NCBI GenBank assembly: GCA_030607635.1
Contig: JAUWJP010000012.1
Coordinates: forward strand, 1-16,198
DNA from: Candidatus Aminicenantes bacterium
GTDB lineage: Bacteria > Acidobacteriota > Aminicenantia > Aminicenantales > Aminicenantaceae
Length of the DNA stretch: 16,198 nucleotides
Direction: 5' to 3'
In this document: positions 1 through 8,423 of the stretch, in pieces
Layout of the letters: every line of letters starts with the position of its first letter
How positions within the stretch are numbered: the stretch's first letter is position 1
Translations under genes and position numbers: made by a program
Notes under the pieces: generated by a model
Databases searched by the model: none
What the model was told of the DNA's origin: nothing
The model's input: the letters and a program-made list of their open reading frames with translations, nothing else

Positions 1-46
1 GCCCTGTAACGAAGCAGATGCGGTGAAATCGGCCCGCCCGAAGGGT

Positions 47-167
47 AAATTATGCCGACATATAATAAAAAGAAACGCATTTGAGACCGATTGAATGTTC
101 TGCTAGAGGTGAAATCAGCGTAACGAGTAGATATCAATGAAAATAAATATTGGTGTCGGCATAATTT
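47..167. repeat. Perfect 14-nt inverted repeat (AAATTATGCCGACA at 47-60, TGTCGGCATAATTT at 154-167) enclosing about 93 nt. It is extendable to about 16 bp with one G-U pair. The enclosed region carries two direct copies of GGTGAAATC (22-30 and 108-116).
   Basis: Read directly from the sequence. No ORF is listed in 1-441. Candidate long-range RNA helix or protein-binding palindrome upstream of ORF1. Confidence 0.5.
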
Positions 168-391
168 ATGAATAAATCAGGTAAGCTGAAATGGTGAGGA
201 TAGGTAGTCTTTTTAGGTGAGAAAAAAAAGAAAAAAAATCATTCCCCAAATCACCTCAAAGGGGTATTTACTTATATCGGGGCCTTTATTACCTTATACT
301 TGCGGCAATAATGAATCTCCGACGGTATTTATTGCCAAATAGAGGTGTGAAAGAGCTAGTAATTCTTGGCGAGCGCTAGTTATTCGGTTGG

Positions 392-420
392 TTGACATAA
401 AAAGTTCTGATGTATAAAAT
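392..420 (+). promoter_or_regulatory. Sigma70-like promoter for the 442-1011 gene: -35 TTGACA (392-397), -10 region TGTATAAAAT (411-420)
   Basis: Consensus TTGACA hexamer and an A/T-rich TATAAA/TAAAAT element at 15-17 nt spacing, preceded by TG. A GAAGGA Shine-Dalgarno lies 6-8 nt before the ATG at 442. Confidence 0.5.
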
Positions 421-441
421 AAATTTCAAAGAGAAGGAAAA

Positions 442-1011
442 ATGAGTTTTAACAAAATTATCGTAGCAATTTCTCTCCCTTTATTCCTTACCGCTGTTCT
501 TTCCTCTCAAAGCTTGGTTGATTTAGCCAAAAAGGAAAAAGAAAGAAGAGAAAAACTAAAGAAGCAAGAAAAGACAGTTGTTACCAATGCTGATCTGTCA
601 AACATTAAAAGAGGGCCGGCTCTTACCACTTCAAGACAAGCAGACCCCCCAGAAGGAAGCGCAAGGGCAGGATCCTCATCTGAGATGTCTGCACAAGATA
701 AGGCGGAACCATCAGGAGCCAAAGCCAGATCATCAGATGCTAGAAGCCCAGACAGAGCGCAGCCTCAAGAAAATACACGAGATCAACTCGAGCAGAAATG
801 GAAGAGCGAAAGAGAGCAAGTAGGTTTATTAACCACGAGGATGAACGGTCTATGGCAAGAATTTTACAGCATGGATGACATGAGTTCCAGAGAAAACATT
901 CAGAGAAATATAAGCGAAACTTCTCTAAGACTTCAGAAAGCTAAGGAAGAGGAAGCCAGGGCCAGGAAAGAATATCAGCAGGCAAGGACCGGAGCCAGAA
1001 AGAGAAGATAG
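442..1011 (+). CDS. Secreted hypothetical protein. It has an N-terminal signal peptide, a highly charged low-complexity K/E/R/S-rich body and a C-terminal coiled-coil-like segment.
   Basis: ATG start with a GAAGGA RBS and an upstream promoter. The N-terminus MSFNKIIVAISLPLFLTAVLSSQS is a typical Sec signal. No recognisable catalytic motifs. Confidence 0.6.
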   Translation: MSFNKIIVAISLPLFLTAVLSSQSLVDLAKKEKERREKLKKQEKTVVTNADLSNIKRGPALTTSRQADPPEGSARAGSSSEMSAQDKAEPSGAKARSSDARSPDRAQPQENTRDQLEQKWKSEREQVGLLTTRMNGLWQEFYSMDDMSSRENIQRNISETSLRLQKAKEEEARARKEYQQARTGARKRR

Positions 1012-1085
1012 CCCTAACAAGAAAGCCAAGAATAAGGGGAAAGAGCAAGTTCTCTAAGGTTACGCTCTCCTTCATTTGCGTTAAT

Positions 1086-1985
1086 CTATCTAAAATAAAT
1101 AAAGGAAATCTGGACCCCTAACTCTCTCTCATCCTTAGAGCGAAGTATAACCTGCTTCGGGATAAACGTTTTATCTGTAGAGATAACGAGGTAAAATATA
1201 TCCGCCTCGCCAAGTATTTCTTTTTTTATCCTGTATGATTTCTCGAATTGACTTTCCCCTGGGATGAACTCATCCAAAATCGAATCGTTGACCTTGAAGA
1301 TAACTTTTTGATTATTCAATACTCCCAGATTCACCCCCCCTTTTATAAACAGCAGAGCATCCTGGCGAGGATTATCAATTTTGCATCTGGCTTCATTGGC
1401 TGTCCATCTCCACCTTTTAAGAGAAGTCTCCGGTCTTATCTCTAAATAATACCATCCATCCTCGTAGCTGATTTTGGGTGCATTGGGAGGAGCAGGCGAA
1501 AACTTTAATTTTTTTTCAAGAATAGGCTTTGGTAGTTTCCCGGACCTGTCATAAGGAGAGTTCAATCCGATAGACAATCTCAAGATATCTTCTCCCTTGA
1601 ACGCAGGGTCAGACTTATCAATAAAGGCAGGAATATATATTCTTCGTGAATAAGTGTATTCCTTTTCCCGCTCCCATTGCGATGTTTGAATTTCCGGGGG
1701 ATGATTATCGTAGAAAAGAAGGTTATATCTATGCCAAAAATGTACATAAGCATAGTAGTCTTCTTTTACCTCTTCAAAGTCCTTCTTCGTCTTCCATCTA
1801 TACTGGATATCAGTAATCAGGTCATCTGATAAAGTCGCTTCAGAAAAGCTCACCTCGAGTTCGACCCCCCCGATCTGCGTCTCCCTCTTGCAGCTGAAAG
1901 AGACAAATGCCATCTGCATAATAAGAAAGATTCCTGCCACCTTTCTTATAATCTCGATCCTCCTTTTTTCTCTCAATAGGTGCAA
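1086..1985 (-). CDS. Exported or lipoprotein-like hypothetical protein, about 299 aa. The longest ORF begins with a TTG (1983-1985). An alternative ATG lies at 1917-1919, but starting there gives only a short N-region.
   Basis: Long ORF on the minus strand downstream of the BNR-repeat gene. Its N-terminus has a basic n-region (LLREKRRIEIIRK), a hydrophobic core (VAGIFLIMQMAFVSF) and then Cys. No conserved domain recognised by eye. Confidence 0.55.
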   Translation of the reverse strand: MHLLREKRRIEIIRKVAGIFLIMQMAFVSFSCKRETQIGGVELEVSFSEATLSDDLITDIQYRWKTKKDFEEVKEDYYAYVHFWHRYNLLFYDNHPPEIQTSQWEREKEYTYSRRIYIPAFIDKSDPAFKGEDILRLSIGLNSPYDRSGKLPKPILEKKLKFSPAPPNAPKISYEDGWYYLEIRPETSLKRWRWTANEARCKIDNPRQDALLFIKGGVNLGVLNNQKVIFKVNDSILDEFIPGESQFEKSYRIKKEILGEADIFYLVISTDKTFIPKQVILRSKDERELGVQISFIYFR

Positions 1986-2011
1986 ATATTATTAGAAATC
2001 AAAAAGTATAG

Positions 2012-2033
2012 GAAAAGACCCTTATGTCTTTTC
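2012..2033 (-). terminator. Candidate rho-independent terminator for the BNR-repeat gene. An 8-bp stem GAAAAGAC/GTCTTTTC with a 6-nt loop is followed on the minus strand by CTATACTTTTTGATTT.
   Basis: Hairpin read from the sequence, lying 50-70 nt after the stop of the 2085-5213 gene on its strand. The downstream U-tract is only moderate. Confidence 0.35.
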
Positions 2034-2084
2034 GGTATCGGCCAGCTTCGAGCGTTCATCAACCAGGCTAGCCATCCTGCAACT

Positions 2085-5000
2085 CTAGCTAATTCTTATT
2101 TTTTTCCCGGCAAATATACGGGGGCTATTGTTTTTATTCATCAACTCATTCAGTTTGGGGATATCTACCTCTATTATCTTGTTTATCCTCTCAATAAGTG
2201 TCTTTAACTCTTCAGAATTTTTCTTTATCTGCAGAACACGATGCTCAGAAGGGGCACCTGTATATCCTCCGATAGACCTTCCGGCCATGAGGAACCGTCC
2301 TCTGACTGAAAGGCGCATCCCCCTATAACCTAATCTCGGGTCTCCGATTAACTTCAGCCGAATATCATCGATCTCTTTGGAGATAGCTTTAATCGACTCA
2401 TGAATTGCCGCGGGGACGTCAGGTATCTTTTGTAGAGCGCTTTCCTGCTTTTTTATCTCCTTTCTCATACTATCTGAAGCGCGGCTCGCTGCTGAAATTG
2501 CAGGGAACAGCTTATGTATGCCCATCAGGGCATCATGCTGGGCTTTTCTGTCCTCGAAGGAAATATCGATCCTGGGGTCTCCCTCAATCTTAACAATTTT
2601 TGTCATCTCCTGACCCGCTGTTTTCAACGTCACCTTATATTCTCCGGGAAGAACAAAGGGCCCTCGAGCTCTGCACCGACGGCTAATCCTATCCTCTCCA
2701 AGAGCTTCAGGAGGCCCATACCTCATATCCCAGGCAAGGCGATGGATTCCGGCATCTTTCTGACCTTTGAGCTCCCTTATTTGCTGCCCTTGGCTGTCTT
2801 GTATAGCTATTTTTACGTCTTCTTTCGCTTCCTCTTTCAGGTAGTAGCTTATCGTAGCCCCAAAAGGCGGATTTTGAGCGACGAAAAATTTGTGACCAAG
2901 ATTTCCCTTATGGTTGTAAGAATTAAAGATTGTTGCTTTACGGATGTCAAAAAGATAAGCGGAAGAGGTCAAGGTATCTTTTGTAAGCTGCTCTAAGGGA
3001 TTGATATCATCTAGAATCCATATACTCCGGCCATGGGTGCCGAAAATAAGGTCATTCTCTCGAGGATGAATGGCAATGTCATCAACGGGAACGGTGGGGA
3101 AGTTGCTCTTAAATTTCATCCACTTCTTTCCCCTATCAATAGAGAAGTAGGCCCCTCTTTCTGTTCCGATAAAAAGAAGATTGGGATTCCGATGATGCTC
3201 TCTTATAACATTGACAATTCCGCCTCGAGGCAGATTGAATGAGATATTCTTCCAGCTTTCCCCATAATCTGTTGTCGTGAAGACATAGGCTTTAAAATCA
3301 TTATTGCGGTGGCCGTCAAATGTGGCGTAGGCTGTCCCTTCTTTAAAGCGGGAAGCTACAACCCTGGTGACATAGGTATACTTGGGCATCCGGGGAACTT
3401 TGCTGATCACATTCTTCCAATTCTTCCCGCCATCGCGGGAGACCTGTAGGTTACCGTCATCTGTGCCTGCATAGATGAGACCTTCTTTAAGAGGGGACTC
3501 AGAAACTGTTGTGATACTGCCGTAATAGGAAATGCCGTCGTGTCGGGAAAGAGTGTCTTTGTCTGGAAGCACTCCCATAAGCGGAAGTTTTTCTCTATCC
3601 TGTTGAGTAGTCAGATCAATCGTGGCTTCCCATGTCTCTCCTCTATCCTTGGATTTAAAGAGTCTGTTTCCGCCGTAATATATTGTCTTGGGATCATGAG
3701 GGGATATCAAAATCGGAGAATTCCAGTTAAACCTGTAACGCTCTTTCTCATCATTAGGTTCAGGCCTTATGGACTTGCTTTCTCCTGACCTCACGTCAAA
3801 CCTGTAGAGATTCCCATTCTGGGATTCGGCATAAATGGTGTTGTTGTCTTCGGGATCGACTTGAGTATAAAAGCCATCTCCTCCCCCGATTCTGACCCAG
3901 TCCTCGTTGGAAACTCCAAGTCTATTCAAGGTTGAGCTGGGACCTCCCCAGGTTCCGTTATCCTGCAATCCTCCGTAGACATAATAAGGATTCCGCATAT
4001 CAAAACCTATTTCGTAAAACTGTCCGAGAGGGAGCGTATTGACAAAATCCCAGGTTTTGCCGCGATCGTAAGAAAAATAAATCCCTCCATCTGAGCCCAA
4101 GACCATATGATTGGAATCGGAAGGGTTAATCCACATCGCATGATGGTCGCCATGTACTCCCCTTACATAATTAGTGCTGAAAGACTTACCTCCATCCTCA
4201 GAGACATACATAGAAGCCCCGAGAACCCAAACCCTCTGGTCATTGTTCGGGTCGATGCGTATCTTACTGTAATACATGGGCCGAGGGTTGGTGCTCGACA
4301 TCTTTTTCCAGCTAACGCCTTTATCTTCTGAGCGAAAAATCCCACCCTGTTTGTGTTCGATAACGGCATAGATAACATTGGGGTTGCTGCGGAAAATATC
4401 TATTCCGATACGTCCTGTGTTTCCTGAAGGCAGTCCATTTGTCAGACGGGCCCATGTTTCTCCGCCATCGGTCGTCCCGTAAAGACCACTGCCAGGTCCT
4501 CCCCCGTTAAAACCCCATCCCCGGCGTCGCCTCTGATAGGCTGCCGCATACAGAACATTTGGATTCTCATGATCCAGGGCAACATCCACAAAACCTGTAT
4601 TCTCATCAATAAACTTGGTATTGGTCCAGGTTTTTCCGCCATCCATGGTTCGAAACAAGCCCCTTTCTTTGTTCGGACCCCAGAGATGCCCCAAGGCTGC
4701 GACATAAACAATATCCGGATTGGTGGGATGGATGACAATGCGACCAATATGATGGGTATCACGAAGCCCCATATTCTTCCATGTCCTGCCGCCGTCAGTA
4801 GATTTATAAATCCCGTCTCCCCAGGAAGAACTCTGACGATTGTTCGGTTCTCCAGTGCCAACCCAGATTATGCCCGAATTGGAAGGCGCCACGGTCACAT
4901 CGCCGATGGTGCTCGTAATCTGGTCATCGAAAATAGGTTCCCAGGTTACACCGTTATTGGTGGTCTTCCACACTCCTCCTGAGGCAGTCCCCGCATAAAT

Positions 5001-5213
5001 AATTTTAGGATTGTTTTCCACAACAGCAAAATCATCAATCCGTCCTCCCATGTTGGAAGGGCCGATACATCTCCATTTTAGCCCCTCAAGGATGGATTCT
5101 TTGATAAGAGGTTCAGGTTCTTTCTTTGCCTTTTTCGCACCGAGGAAAAGGCTTAGGGCCAATCCCATACACAGTATCAATAGAAACCGAGAAGAAAATA
5201 TTCCTTTTTTCAT
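2085..5213 (-). CDS. Large secreted BNR/Asp-box repeat protein of about 1042 aa. It is a sortilin/VPS10-like double beta-propeller, the family often annotated as BNR-repeat glycosyl hydrolase.
   Basis: At least 11 Asp-box motifs (S/T-x-D-x-G-x-T/S-W), for example STDGGRTWKN, TMDGGKTWTN, TTDGGETWARL, SYDRGKTWDF, SKDRGETWEA, SRDGGKNWKN, TTDYGESWKN and SIDRGKKWMK. The N-terminal block WRCIGPSNMGGRIDDFAV...GGVWKTTNNGVTW is typical of this family. Signal peptide MKKGIFSSRFLLILCMGLALSLFLGA. The start is placed at the second ATG (5211-5213) because AAGGAGGA lies 6-7 nt upstream; the first ATG at 5249 has no RBS. Confidence 0.88.
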   Translation of the reverse strand: MKKGIFSSRFLLILCMGLALSLFLGAKKAKKEPEPLIKESILEGLKWRCIGPSNMGGRIDDFAVVENNPKIIYAGTASGGVWKTTNNGVTWEPIFDDQITSTIGDVTVAPSNSGIIWVGTGEPNNRQSSSWGDGIYKSTDGGRTWKNMGLRDTHHIGRIVIHPTNPDIVYVAALGHLWGPNKERGLFRTMDGGKTWTNTKFIDENTGFVDVALDHENPNVLYAAAYQRRRRGWGFNGGGPGSGLYGTTDGGETWARLTNGLPSGNTGRIGIDIFRSNPNVIYAVIEHKQGGIFRSEDKGVSWKKMSSTNPRPMYYSKIRIDPNNDQRVWVLGASMYVSEDGGKSFSTNYVRGVHGDHHAMWINPSDSNHMVLGSDGGIYFSYDRGKTWDFVNTLPLGQFYEIGFDMRNPYYVYGGLQDNGTWGGPSSTLNRLGVSNEDWVRIGGGDGFYTQVDPEDNNTIYAESQNGNLYRFDVRSGESKSIRPEPNDEKERYRFNWNSPILISPHDPKTIYYGGNRLFKSKDRGETWEATIDLTTQQDREKLPLMGVLPDKDTLSRHDGISYYGSITTVSESPLKEGLIYAGTDDGNLQVSRDGGKNWKNVISKVPRMPKYTYVTRVVASRFKEGTAYATFDGHRNNDFKAYVFTTTDYGESWKNISFNLPRGGIVNVIREHHRNPNLLFIGTERGAYFSIDRGKKWMKFKSNFPTVPVDDIAIHPRENDLIFGTHGRSIWILDDINPLEQLTKDTLTSSAYLFDIRKATIFNSYNHKGNLGHKFFVAQNPPFGATISYYLKEEAKEDVKIAIQDSQGQQIRELKGQKDAGIHRLAWDMRYGPPEALGEDRISRRCRARGPFVLPGEYKVTLKTAGQEMTKIVKIEGDPRIDISFEDRKAQHDALMGIHKLFPAISAASRASDSMRKEIKKQESALQKIPDVPAAIHESIKAISKEIDDIRLKLIGDPRLGYRGMRLSVRGRFLMAGRSIGGYTGAPSEHRVLQIKKNSEELKTLIERINKIIEVDIPKLNELMNKNNSPRIFAGKKIRIS

Positions 5214-5461
5214 ACCATATCCTCCTTTATCCTTGTGATGAACGAGCATTATGCCAAAATACTCATCTTATGTTTTGAATAGAAAGCAAAAACTACCATA
5301 AGGCAAAGAAAAAAGTCAAAGCAAAAATGGGCAGTGTAAGGGTCTCCATTTCCTTGATAACTGGTTGCTATGTTCAGGACAAAGGTTTTGGGAAATATTT
5401 GCAGCGACCATTGAAGAAAGGCTCAGGCTACATGGTTCTAAAACACGTTGCTTATGCCCCA

Positions 5462-5494
5462 GGGAATAAATGGGGCCAGGCCCCATTTATTCCC
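5462..5494. repeat. Perfect 33-nt palindrome GGGAATAAATGGGGCC-a-GGCCCCATTTATTCCC with 16-nt arms. It lies in the divergent intergenic region between the BNR gene and lpxK.
   Basis: Read directly. It shares the 21-nt core AAATGGGGCCnGGCCCCATTT with the palindrome at 9456-9490. There is no U-tract, so it is not a classical terminator here. Confidence 0.6.
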
Positions 5495-5662
5495 AAGGCT
5501 TCGCTCTCCTCTCCCTCTGAGAGCAACCATGCCCGCTCAGCCTTTCTCACGGTTTTTCACCATACAGCCTTCGCCAATCACGGATTTGGGGATGCTTTCA
5601 AGGGGCACGCTCATAAATGACTTCTTGAAAGAGAAAATCGAATATAGTATATTCCCCAGAGG

Positions 5663-6655
5663 ATGAAATTTCTCTTATTTTTTCTTTCTCTTTTCAACCG
5701 CTCAGGATGCCAGATTAAAAATTGGTTTTACAAAAAGAAAATATCAACACCAAAAAAAGCACCTTTGCCCGTTATCAGCGTGGGAAGCATCGCCTTTGGG
5801 GGGACAGAAAAAACGCCATTGGTCATAAATCTGATAACCTATCTCATTAAACACGGCTTCAAACCTGCCCTGATCTCCCGTGGGTATAAAGGGAGATGGG
5901 AAAAGAGCGGAGGCATTCTCTCTGACGGAAAAAACATTCTCGCTCCTTGGGAGGATTCCGGTGATGAGCCATTTATGGTCGCCCAAAGCATTCCTCAGGC
6001 TGGAATTTTCATCGGTAAAAATCGTCTTCTCTCCTGCCAAAAAGCAAAGAGCCTGGGTTTCGAGCTTGCTGTGCTGGATGACGGCTTCCAGCATCGCCGC
6101 CTCCACAGAGATTTGGACATTGTTCTCTACACTCCGGCAGAAAAAATTGCATTTCGCGAACCTGTCTCTTCCCTTAAAAGAGCCAACATTCTTTTGATGA
6201 AGAAAGGAGTCGATCCTCAGAGGAAAAAAAGAATAAGGGAACACTTTCCTGAATCAACCGTCTTTGAATACTCTGTTAAAAATAAGGGTTTCTTCAAGTT
6301 AGTAGAGAAGGGGAGAGAGCCGGGTGAAAAGCTTGAAAGAAAAAAAGTACTCGCTTTTTGCGGAATAGCCCGGCCTGAAAGATTCTTATCCATCCTCCAC
6401 GAGGAAGGCATAAAGCCATCGTTTTTCTTTAAATTTCCTGATCATCATCCCTACCCCAAATCTTCTCTAGAAAAAATCGCAGAAAAATACAAAAAAATCA
6501 ACGCTGAAGCAATCATCACTACTGAGAAAGACGCCGTGAAGATTATTCACAACAATAGTTTTAAAAAAATCCCTGCTTATTATTTAAAGATCGACCTCGA
6601 GGTGGAGGATAAATTTTACGCCAGGATATCAAATCTACTCCAAAATTGGGTTTAA
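5663..6655 (+). CDS. lpxK: Tetraacyldisaccharide 4'-kinase (lipid A 4'-kinase)
   Basis: It has an N-terminal membrane helix and the P-loop region PVISVGSIAFGGTEKTP. The conserved LpxK blocks ISRGYKG, GDEP, DDGFQH, GIARPERF and TEKDAVK are present. The length of about 330 aa fits. Confidence 0.9.
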   Translation: MKFLLFFLSLFNRSGCQIKNWFYKKKISTPKKAPLPVISVGSIAFGGTEKTPLVINLITYLIKHGFKPALISRGYKGRWEKSGGILSDGKNILAPWEDSGDEPFMVAQSIPQAGIFIGKNRLLSCQKAKSLGFELAVLDDGFQHRRLHRDLDIVLYTPAEKIAFREPVSSLKRANILLMKKGVDPQRKKRIREHFPESTVFEYSVKNKGFFKLVEKGREPGEKLERKKVLAFCGIARPERFLSILHEEGIKPSFFFKFPDHHPYPKSSLEKIAEKYKKINAEAIITTEKDAVKIIHNNSFKKIPAYYLKIDLEVEDKFYARISNLLQNWV

Positions 6656-6664
6656 TATTCTAAA

Positions 6665-7564
6665 ATGGCAAATTTTAAAGAATTATTTGAATTCTCACTC
6701 TTTCAAATAGCCAAAGTTCCTTTGTCCATTCTTTCCCGGAAGCTGTGCCTCTCTTTGGGACAAACCTTGGGATTAGCCTTTTATTACCTGGATAAAAGGC
6801 ATCGCCTGATCGCTTTATCCAACCTGAAAATCGCTTTTGGAAAGGAATTGCCCCTTACTGAGCTTAAAAGAATAGCCCGCAACTCCTTTATGCATTTCGG
6901 AAAGACCTTCATGGATATCATAAAGCTTCCTCATCTTGGAGAAGAAAAAAGGAATGCCCTCATAAATATCGAAGGCGAAGAAAATCTGCTTAAAGCTCTT
7001 CGAGAAAAAAAGGGAGCGCTCCTCTTCTCTGCTCACTACGGAAGCTGGGAAATCGCTCCGTTTCTTATAGCCAAAAAGGGGGAACTAAGTGTCATTGCCC
7101 GCCCCTTGGATAACAAGCTCCTGGAGAAAGAACTCCTCAAGCTCAGAACAAGCCAGGGGTCCCACGTCATCTACAAACATCAGGCAACAAAAAAGATTCT
7201 TCAATCTCTGCGGGCAGGAGAAATGGTTGCCTTTTTGATAGATCAGAATGTTCTCAGACAACAAGCTGTCTTTGTCGATTTTTTTGGCAAGAAAGCAGCC
7301 ACAACCCCAAGCCTGGCATCTTTTTCCCTCAGGACAAAATCACCTCTCATCCCGGTATTTTGCTATCCTACATCATCCCATGCCTATCACCTTAAAATAT
7401 TCAGCCCTCTAAGCATAACCTTGGGAGGAAATTACAACCAGGAAGTATTGAAAATTACCCAAATATGCACTAAGATTATAGAAACTCAGATACGGAAAAA
7501 TCCAGATTATTGGTTTTGGTTCCACAACAGGTGGAAAACGAGACCAGAGGAAGAGGAGGCTTGA
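6665..7564 (+). CDS. lpxL: Lipid A biosynthesis late (lauroyl/myristoyl) acyltransferase, LpxL/HtrB/LpxM family
   Basis: Blocks align to E. coli LpxL: IALSNLKIAF, LKRIARNSFMHFG, the HX4E/D acyltransferase motif in FSAHYGSWEIA, ARPLDNKLLE, GEMVAFLIDQN and the C-terminal YWFWFHNRWKTRP. It starts 9 nt after the lpxK stop. Confidence 0.85.
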   Translation: MANFKELFEFSLFQIAKVPLSILSRKLCLSLGQTLGLAFYYLDKRHRLIALSNLKIAFGKELPLTELKRIARNSFMHFGKTFMDIIKLPHLGEEKRNALINIEGEENLLKALREKKGALLFSAHYGSWEIAPFLIAKKGELSVIARPLDNKLLEKELLKLRTSQGSHVIYKHQATKKILQSLRAGEMVAFLIDQNVLRQQAVFVDFFGKKAATTPSLASFSLRTKSPLIPVFCYPTSSHAYHLKIFSPLSITLGGNYNQEVLKITQICTKIIETQIRKNPDYWFWFHNRWKTRPEEEEA

Positions 7565-7567
7565 ATT

Positions 7568-7595
7568 TTGAAAATGGTCAAATCCTTGATATATA
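7568..7595 (+). promoter_or_regulatory. Possible internal promoter before rph: -35 TTGAAA (7568-7573), 16-nt spacer, -10 TATATA (7590-7595)
   Basis: Hexamers read from the 100-nt lpxL-rph gap. It may be unnecessary if rph is co-transcribed with lpxK-lpxL. Confidence 0.3.
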
Positions 7596-7664
7596 AGGAA
7601 AGAAAAACTAAAATTTCAACAAGCTTCCCCGAGTGGGGGCGAGGATTCTGAAGGAAACGGAAAA

Positions 7665-8408
7665 ATGAGAGCCAATAAGAGATCTTTCGATGAATTAAGA
7701 CCGATAAAAATCAAGCTAGATTATCTGGATTTTGCTGACGGTTCTGCTTTCATAGAGATCGGCAAAACCAGAATCGTTGCAGCAGCTACAATTGAAGAGA
7801 AGGTTCCGCCCTTCCTTAAGAAAAGCGGAACTGGCTGGATCACAGCCGAATACTCCATGCTTCCCCGCTCCACTGAAAAAAGAAACATTAGAGAAAGAAC
7901 ACATGCTCATATTTCGGGCCGAAGTCAAGAAATTCAGCGCCTCATAGGGCGCTCACTTCGTGCCGTGACAGATCTTAGCGTCCTTGGAGAGAGGACTATC
8001 ATCCTTGACTGTGACGTCCTCCAGGCTGACGGGGGGACAAGAACAGCTTCGATAACAGCCGCCTGCCTTGCCTTAGCCCTCGCCTTGAAAAAGATGATGG
8101 ACGAAAAGATTATCGACCGGATGCCCCTCAAATACCTGGTCAGCGGCATCAGTGTGGGCATTGTGGAAGGAGAAGTCCTTCTTGACCTCGATTACTCCGA
8201 GGATTCAAATGCAGAAATTGATATGAATGTTGCCGGTACAGAGAAGGAGCATCTCGTGGAATTACAGGCAACAGCAGAGAAAAATCCATTTTCAAGAAAA
8301 GAACTGAGCACTCTTTTAAACTTAGCCTATAAGGGAATAAGGGAAATAGCCCAAGTGCAGAAGGACGCCCTCAAAAAAAAGAGCATTCTCTTCATGGCCT
8401 ACAGGTAA
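7665..8408 (+). CDS. rph: Ribonuclease PH (tRNA nucleotidyltransferase)
   Basis: The N-terminus [16 protein letters not shown]...[18 protein letters not shown] and the motif [20 protein letters not shown] match RNase PH. The length is about 247 aa. Confidence 0.9.
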   Translation: MRANKRSFDELRPIKIKLDYLDFADGSAFIEIGKTRIVAAATIEEKVPPFLKKSGTGWITAEYSMLPRSTEKRNIRERTHAHISGRSQEIQRLIGRSLRAVTDLSVLGERTIILDCDVLQADGGTRTASITAACLALALALKKMMDEKIIDRMPLKYLVSGISVGIVEGEVLLDLDYSEDSNAEIDMNVAGTEKEHLVELQATAEKNPFSRKELSTLLNLAYKGIREIAQVQKDALKKKSILFMAYR

Positions 8409-8423
8409 AAAGGAGAAAAAAAT

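Noticed and set aside
2128-5238. Numerous 62-160 aa plus-strand ORFs opposite the 1042-aa BNR-repeat gene
   Set aside because: They are shadow ORFs of a long, well-supported minus-strand gene. The translations are low-complexity and lack starts with an RBS.
5327-5666. Plus-strand ORFs of 97 and 72 aa in the BNR/lpxK divergent intergenic region
   Set aside because: They have no Shine-Dalgarno and no recognisable fold features. The region is better explained as promoter or regulatory DNA containing the 33-nt palindrome. A small protein cannot be fully excluded.
7626-7642. Small hairpin CCCCGAGTGGGG before rph, considered as a terminator
   Set aside because: It has a 4-bp stem and no downstream U-tract. 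It lies only 25 nt before the rph start, so it is more likely part of the leader or RBS context.
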